The notes beneath the pieces were generated by a model that saw nothing but the letters and a program-made list of their open reading frames with translations, was not told where the DNA came from and made no database searches. A DNA stretch of 64,000 nucleotides from the NCBI GenBank assembly GCA_051530055.1, contig CM121341.1, positions 7,604,784 to 7,668,783 of the forward strand, written 5' to 3'. Numbering within the stretch: position 1 is the stretch's first letter; each line of letters opens with the position of its first letter. This document shows positions 57,477-64,000 of the stretch, in pieces. The translations under genes were made by a program, and so were the position numbers. This stretch comes from Neoechinorhynchus agilis (Eukaryota > Animalia > Acanthocephala).

Positions 57477-57835
57477 ACCAACTTTGGAACTTTATTTCAA
57501 GTCGAATAAAATAAATATCAAAACTGTTCTCATTGATTTGTCAGTCGATTCTAATCTTCTATTTTTTCCGGAGAAAATAAATCATCTATTTTCTTAAAAA
57601 AGGTTCATTCACATCACCGCTCCTCTGGATCTCTCATGATGCCGTCCTGATGTAACGGTCGAAAGGACGGATGCAGCGTTCCCTCGTTGCAGGGACAGAC
57701 CTATGTTTTGTAGGAGAAATGCTCCTGATCTCGGATCGCCAATGATTCGTCTCGATCTCTTAGACAATTCCTAGACCAGGCCCTGCGCGCCGTGGAAAAA
57801 CGATTAAAAATTCCAGCAACCCAACGATGTCACTT

Positions 57836-58951
57836 AAGTGTTTTTGTAGAACATTCCTTAATCGGCTCTTTTCCTTTTTAGGCACACAGCCAAACCGATC
57901 TCTTATAGATCAGGGACATGATTGAATCACTTAGATTCTCTCAAAAATATACGATTATGAGTTTGTAGAGAGTCCGGATAGTTTCCTCTATTCAGCGAGG
58001 TATTTCGTCCCCTTTTTTGAACTTCTCGACCCACTTAAACAGGGATTCGAGGGCTACACAACTACGGATTTTATGAACTCTGCCAGTTTTATGCTTTGGG
58101 GCCGGTTTTATTAAGTGTTTTTGTAGAACATTCCTTAATCGGCTCTTTTCCTTTTTAGGCACACAGCCAAACCGATCTCTTATAGATCAGGGACATGATT
58201 GAATCACTTAGATTCTCTCAAAAATATACGATTATGAGTTTGTAGGAGTCCGGATAGTTTCCTCTATTCAGCGAGGTATTTCGTCCCCTTTTTTGAACTT
58301 CTCGACCCACTTAAACAGGGATTCGAGGGCTACACAACTACGGATTTTATGAACTCTGCCAGTTTTATGCTTTGGGGCCGGTTTTATTAAGTGTTTTTGT
58401 AGAACATTCCTTAATCGGCTCTTTTCCTTTTTAGGCACACAGCCAAACCGATCTCTTATAGATCAGGGACATGATTGAATCACTTAGATTCTCTCAAAAA
58501 TATACGATTATGAGTTTGTAGAGAGTCCGGATAGTTTCCTCTATTCAGCGAGGTATTTCGTCCCCTTTTTTGAACTTCTCGACCCACTTAAACAGGGATT
58601 CGAGGGCTACACAACTACGGATTTTATGAACTCTGCCAGTTTTATGCTTTGGGGCCGGTTTTATTAAGTGTTTTTGTAGAACATTCCTTAATCGGCTCTT
58701 TTCCTTTTTAGCCACACAGCCAAACCGATCTAAGTCATGAATAACTTTGATTCCCGGATAGTTTCCTCTATTCAGCGAGGTATTTCGTCCCCTTTTTTGA
58801 ACTTCTCGACCCACTTAAACAGGGATTCGAGGGCTACACAACTACGGATTTTATGAACTCTGCCAGTTTTATGCTTTGGGGCCGGTTTTATTAAGTGTTT
58901 TTGTAGAACATTCCTTAATCGGCTCTTTTCCTTTTTAGGCACACAGCCAAA
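57836..58951. repeat. Tandem array, 277-bp unit, about 4.4 copies
   Basis: aagtgtttttgtagaac at 57836, 58113, 58389, 58666, 58893 (last spacing 227). Confidence 0.95.
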
Positions 58952-59113
58952 TCCATGTCTCAGAATCAGGGAAGAGCATGAAACAACCTCCGCCGGATCC
59001 TTAGATACCTCCCGAGGAGGGAAATACTCAGAAGACTTTCTCTTGAGATTCGGAATGGCGAATCCAAGAGTCAAAACGAGTACAATTCTAGATGCTGTAA
59101 AGAATTTGTTCAT
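58772..59113 (-). CDS. Putative small secreted basic peptide precursor (113 aa)
   Basis: Signal-like MNKFFTASRIVLVLTLGFA, KR site, C-x10-C, K/R-rich C-terminal half that coincides with the 277-bp repeat unit. No family recognised. Confidence 0.35.
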   Translation of the reverse strand: MNKFFTASRIVLVLTLGFAIPNLKRKSSEYFPPREVSKDPAEVVSCSSLILRHGFGCVPKKEKSRLRNVLQKHLIKPAPKHKTGRVHKIRSCVALESLFKWVEKFKKGDEIPR

Positions 59114-59323
59114 GGAAATATTTTGTGATATCGAGATTGATTTATTTTGCCTTTTTTCACAATATTTCATCTCTATCTTCGGACTCTTCGGGTGAACTAA
59201 ATGAAATTTTTGCGTTTGACATTTCGGTCTCACTAACAGATAAACCGAAAAAAACTTCATTCTAATCCTATTTGAAAAAATCAATCGTATCAAAAAATAG
59301 ATCAAATGGCTCAAACCGGTTTA

Positions 59324-62300
59324 TTAACTATCTTTTTCACAGTTAAATCCTTGAATTTTCGGACTTACAAGTTCAATTTTAAGAAACTGGCGACATGAAG
59401 TTGTATTTTCATCAACCGATAACTTAACTTCAACCTTATCAAATTGCCTTAACGATATTGAAGGACACGCTTTCACCGTATGGCACTTATTGTTATCGTC
59501 GTACTCGAACCACACATCGGCGTTCACTTTTGTCTCAATATTATTTGGGGAGATAATCTTCTTCGACAAATAGAGCATAGCTTCGAGGCCAAATCGTGGT
59601 ACAAACACTTTCAAAGCATTTTGAAAAACGGCAAAAATAAAAGCGTCTTCTTGGACAACATTCTTTTTGAAGAAAAACAAAGCGTGAAGGTTTACACAAG
59701 CAGTTTTCAACCTTTTTTTGTGTGCTCACGACTTTCAAAATACCTTAATCTACTTTTAAAATTCAGTATTGACCTTTGGAGAGACTAAAAAGGTTGAAAA
59801 TCACTGGTTTACACTATCCCTGGACGCATATTGAGCCTGTCTATGTCGTTCATTAAGAGCAACGCATTGTCTACCAACATTCTCGGGATCAAGCATAGCT
59901 GCACTTGAATCTTCTAAATGAAGAGAAGCTGCAAGCAGTCGATGGACCATTATATCGGCATATCGACGGATTGGTGAAGTGAAATGCGTGTATATATCAC
60001 TCGCAAGTCCGTAGTGTTTAAAGTCTGATGGTCTTGTACAACCACCGATTCCTGACCATCCACTACAAAAGTAAACGGCTTGCCTCATACACCGCGTGGC
60101 CAACATCCGAACCATGACATTGAAATATGGATTATCTGAGAGCTCGGCATCGTTTAACGACTCGGCTAAAGCTTTCCCGGATTCAGTCCGAAGATGAACT
60201 CCTTTAGAACGTGCTGCGTTTATCAACGGTTCGAAATCATGTTGTCTGGGCTCTGGGTGACGGCGAAGTACGGCGCATTGTGAGAAGTGATTGTAAGTGT
60301 GATTGGCAACCGTGATATTGGCTAATAACATAAACTCTTCTACCATTTGATTGGTTTCTTGGACGGTCTTTTTCATCACATCTAGAGGATTACTGGACTC
60401 AGTGTCCAATAGAAACCGAACTTCAGGCGATTCCAACACAAGCGCACCATTGTCCATACGCTGCTTTCTATTGGTCGTCTAATCGTGTTTTTAAAGAAAC
60501 CCAAAATCATTTGATAAAAATGAGAGTCCTGATCAAATAATTCTTCTTCTTTAAGTGCTAAGCTTTTTTTTAAAGTTACAAAAAAGGATTTATGCCACCG
60601 CCTTTCTGGATCACTCAGCTGCCGACAAAAGACAGAAAATAATTAAACCATAATAATTTTGGTTCAAGATTGAGTTAATTTTACATTCGGTGATGCGGTG
60701 CCGAATAAGAAATGTTGCCAAGGGTGGAGATTACAATAACCACATCTCCATAAGGATTTTCTCTTGATTAACTAAATTATAAAAAAGAGCGGAACCGTAG
60801 GAATTGTTAAAAAAACCCATATTTCTCAACCATTACAAAAAACCGACTGGCGACAACGCAAGTATTTTTGCAATATGATTTAAATTCCGAAGAGATTGAG
60901 CAACCGGACCATCATTTGCGTTATTATTCATAATTAATTGCGCTTGTCCGTACTCAAGTGCCGCTTCATTTCTCATTACGGTTTTTAGGAACTTAGTCTT
61001 GATTACTTCGGCGTTCGGCGTCATTTCCCAAATGACCGAAAACGCAAGTCGATCTTCCTTTTCTCTCAACGAACACACGTTCGTGCTCAATATTGGAGGC
61101 AGCATATCGATTCGTCGATCAGTCAAATAGACAGAAGTGCATCGATACTTAGCTTCAGTATCAACGGCCGTTCCTGGACGGACGTAGTGGCTAACGTCCG
61201 CTATATGTACACCACATTCCAAATTGCCATTGTCCAGTTGACAACAATGCAATGCATCATCAATATCGGTGCATCCTTCTGGATCGATGCTTAAAATAAA
61301 CCTTTTACCTCGTAAATCCGTCCGTTTTAAGACTTCATCGTCGTTCAAAAGAGTATGAGCATCACTAACTGAAGCGATCACATCATCCGAGAATGGATAA
61401 TCCGGAATCCTGTGTTGCATGAGAATAATCTGCTTCCATGTGGAGTTGTCTGACTTGGCTCCAATCGAACGGCAGTAGTGACCCGAGGGATATCTCGACT
61501 TTCGGTCCCATTGATCAATCGCAACTACAATAATTAAAGACTTTAATCGATCGGCTTGTCGGGTTTCAATTCGAATTTTAGGAATATGTCGATCAGATGG
61601 GATAAACAAGCTGTGATAAAACTCATTGCTCGAATTTTCTTGAAGAACGCCACAGAACTCCGTGTGTTTTCTTCGAATCACACCAACAATTCTACCCGAT
61701 TTTATCCGATTTACGCTAATCTCAGGAGCATTAATGGCGTCGAAATCGTCTTCGTTCGCAGTATCATCCACTGCAATACTCAAAGGAGATGCCCACTCAC
61801 TTTCGGGTAAGATTTCAACCGCAACCGTATCGTCATGAATAGCTCTATTGATATTCAATGATCCCGGAATAAAAATCTTATCGAGTTCACGAGATGCTTC
61901 TTCGGGCAATGTATCTTCATTTTCGCTCGGATACACATTACCTTCGTGAAGATTATCCGGATTGGCGTAAAACGTACCTACAATAACACTACCATTTTGC
62001 ATTCCTTCTTTAATCTGCTCGAGACTTAAATGAACCGGATAAATAAAATCTCGATTGACAAGTCCAGCGCTCGGTTTCATTTCTGAATCCACGATACCAG
62101 TGATGCCCAGACTCGCAGGCCAAAACGTATGACAAAAATTTTGAGTATGAATTAAGTTAAATTAGTTCATTTTATAAGAATTGAAAAGACAATAATTGGC
62201 CTGCTCATAATCCGAGATATTTATGAGATGTCGGCAGTTGTTCTTTGGGCTAATGAGTTTCGGAATGTTTGGCTCTAAAGTTGTCAAATTGATAATGTGA

Positions 62301-64000
62301 CCGGTCATTTTCAGTAATTCATTTCGCAAAATTTGAAAGCTTAAAACTCTAATAAAGATTTTTCAACAACAAAATTTGTTCGTCACATTTAAGTGCGAAT
62401 AAAACACTTTAACAATTGCCCAGTTGAAGCCGGAAAACGGCGAAAGCTAGGAAAAAACTCTAGGTCGTATTTATCAAATTAAAATTAAGACATGCGAATG
62501 GAAAATCGAGCAGCGATTCACGCTATTTTGTGAATAAAGGAATAAAAGTGCGGACCACATGCAATACCTTCCCGTGGGCCGGAAGGTCCTCATGGTTTTG
62601 TGGGGGCTGTTAGGAACTTTACGATACAGAAATTAAAACTTTGCAAGGAAACTGAACCTTTTTTAAATGGATTTTCTTCAAAAATACCTTTATCCAGAGG
62701 ACGATACTAAACTTGTTATTTTGTGTATAGATTTCGAATTTACAGTCCTCGTCATTTTTTAGTTATTATAAAAATTTGAGCTAGAAATAGAAATTAATGC
62801 TTTGCAAGGAAACTGAACCTTTATTAAATGGATTTTCTTCAAAAATACCTTTATCCAGAGGACGATACTAAACTTGTTATTTTGTGTATAGATTTCGAAT
62901 TTACAGTCCTCGTCATTTTTTAGTTATTAAAAAATTTGCGCTTGAGAAATAGAAATTAATGCTTTGCAAGGAAACTGAACCTTTTTTGGATGGATTTTCT
63001 TCAAAAATACCTTTATCCAGAGGACGATACTAAACTTGTTATTTTGTGTATAGATTTCGAATTTACAGTCCTCGTCATTTTTTAGTTATTAAAAAATTTG
63101 CGCTTGAGAAATAGAAATTAATACTTTGCAAAGAAACTGAACCTTTTTTGGATGGATTTTCTTCTAAAAATACCTTAATCCAGAGGACGATACTAAACTT
63201 ATTATTTTGTGTATAGATTTCGAATTTACAGTCCTCGTCATTTTTTAGTTATTAAAAAATTTGCGCTTGAGAAATAGAAATTACAGCTTTGCAAGGAAAC
63301 TGAACCTTTTTTGGATGGATTTTCTTCTAAAAATACCTTTATCCAGAGGACGATACTAAACTTGTTATTTTGTGTATAGATTTCGAGTGATTTTTTAGTT
63401 ATTAAAAAAATTTGCGCTAGAAAATTTGAGACTTTCCGGGGAAGCTGAACCTTTTTTGGATGGATGTTTTAAAATCAAATCCAAATGACGTCCCTTTTTC
63501 CTGTTGGGCACCACTGGACTATTCTAAGACAATCTTCGAGTTCGGCAATGCCGAATCCTTTAACGTACTCTTCCATTGTGAATGTGGGATATCCTTTGGA
63601 TCTGGACGATTCCCGTCTTTTTTCATTGTCGCTTATTACAAGAACGTTAACGTGAACACCGTACTCGTTTTGAAGAAGATGGAGCTTATAAAACTTGACA
63701 ACGGCTAATAAAGCTCTAAAATTTCGGTCTTCGGCACTTTCGCCCATCATTTTCCTTACAAACGTATGACGGCTGTATTCGTTGAGAAAAAGAAAAAATC
63801 GTTTCCGATTGTTGTTGAGGAGAACTCGGAACTTCCGATAGACACTCAGTGATTTTTGTCGGACTTCTTCGAGGACACTAATCGGTACAATCATATCGAC
63901 AATGGCATCGTTTGCGAATATATCCGATTGAGCAACGATTGTATCTGCGTCGCAGATAAGGTAATGGGCGTCCGGGAATGCTTCGTTTGGAGGTTGAACA
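59324..64000 (-). CDS. DIS3: Exosome catalytic subunit DIS3/RRP44 (5' end beyond the window), 3 introns in the window
   Basis: PIN (HYLICD...VLEEVR...NEY...GESAEDRN), CSD (NINRAIHDDTVAVE, IPKIRIETRQ, WDRKSRYPSGH), RNB (SIDPEGCTDIDDALH, GVHIADVSH, VEEFMLLAN, YTHFTSPIRRYAD), S1 domain to the stop at 59324. Predicted introns 62112-63514, 60468-60857, 59712-59804. Confidence 0.95.
59698..59806. mobile_element. 109-bp hAT-type MITE inserted in DIS3 coding sequence
   Basis: Perfect 8-bp direct repeat GTTTACAC (59690-59697 and 59807-59814); perfect 14-bp inner inverted repeat ttttcaaccttttt/aaaaaggttgaaaa; one end reads CAGTGA on the DIS3 strand. Confidence 0.82.
62098..63516. mobile_element. 1.42-kb non-autonomous hAT-type element forming a DIS3 intron
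   Basis: TIRs CAGTGATGCCCA (62098-62109) / TGGGCACCACTG (63505-63516), 11/12 matching; flanks cacgatac / gactattc (5/8, degenerate 8-bp TSD); internal cccgtgggccgg motif and tandem array. Confidence 0.8.
62640..63465. repeat. Tandem array, ~162-bp unit, 5 copies plus a partial, inside the hAT-type element
   Basis: tttgcaa(g/a)gaaactgaacc at 62640, 62801, 62963, 63125, 63288. Confidence 0.95.

Noticed and set aside
57625-57680. ATGA...AA...hairpin resembling a SECIS element
   Set aside because: No 3' GA quartet partner, and the upstream gene (KIF23) has no in-frame UGA.
57620-59000. Prokineticin/astakine-like flavour (CSSLILRHGFGCVP ... VCPCNEG) across the 277-bp array
   Set aside because: Most of the ten conserved cysteines are missing and no consistent splice path was found.

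Overview
Eukaryotic, gene-dense DNA from a compact-genome invertebrate animal; the taxon cannot be fixed from the sequence. Recognisable genes: METTL25 (+), CRNKL1/crooked neck (-), HUWE1 (+, one 12.6-kb uninterrupted ORF), a CNGB-like cyclic-nucleotide-gated channel (-), SAE1 (-), EIF3F (+, 5 exons), KIF23/MKLP1 (+), DIS3/RRP44 (-, runs off the window end) and a secreted 2x discoidin + F-type-lectin-like protein (+). Small or orphan genes include a bacterial-type YbaY-domain secreted protein, an ShK prepropeptide, a COX14-like microprotein, a truncated MCM-like gene and a six-exon secreted protein missed by the ORF track. Reconstructed short introns are GT-AG and cluster very tightly around 46 nt. 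Mobile DNA: a 5'-truncated Penelope element with a minimal hammerhead ribozyme, CRE-like (REL-endonuclease) non-LTR fragments, decayed LINE pieces, and eight unrelated local tandem arrays covering roughly 11 kb; three of these arrays overlap or derive from coding sequence. Most striking: two DIS3 introns are hAT-type TIR elements (CAGTG... ends, 8-bp target duplication) with the same predicted splice geometry (donor at TIR +3, acceptor 14 nt from the element end). Each leaves an in-frame 24-nt/8-aa footprint, i.e. candidate transposon-made introns (introners) in an essential gene. CRNKL1 carries a third, unresolved 61-nt interruption. All gene models were spliced by eye and need RNA-seq confirmation.
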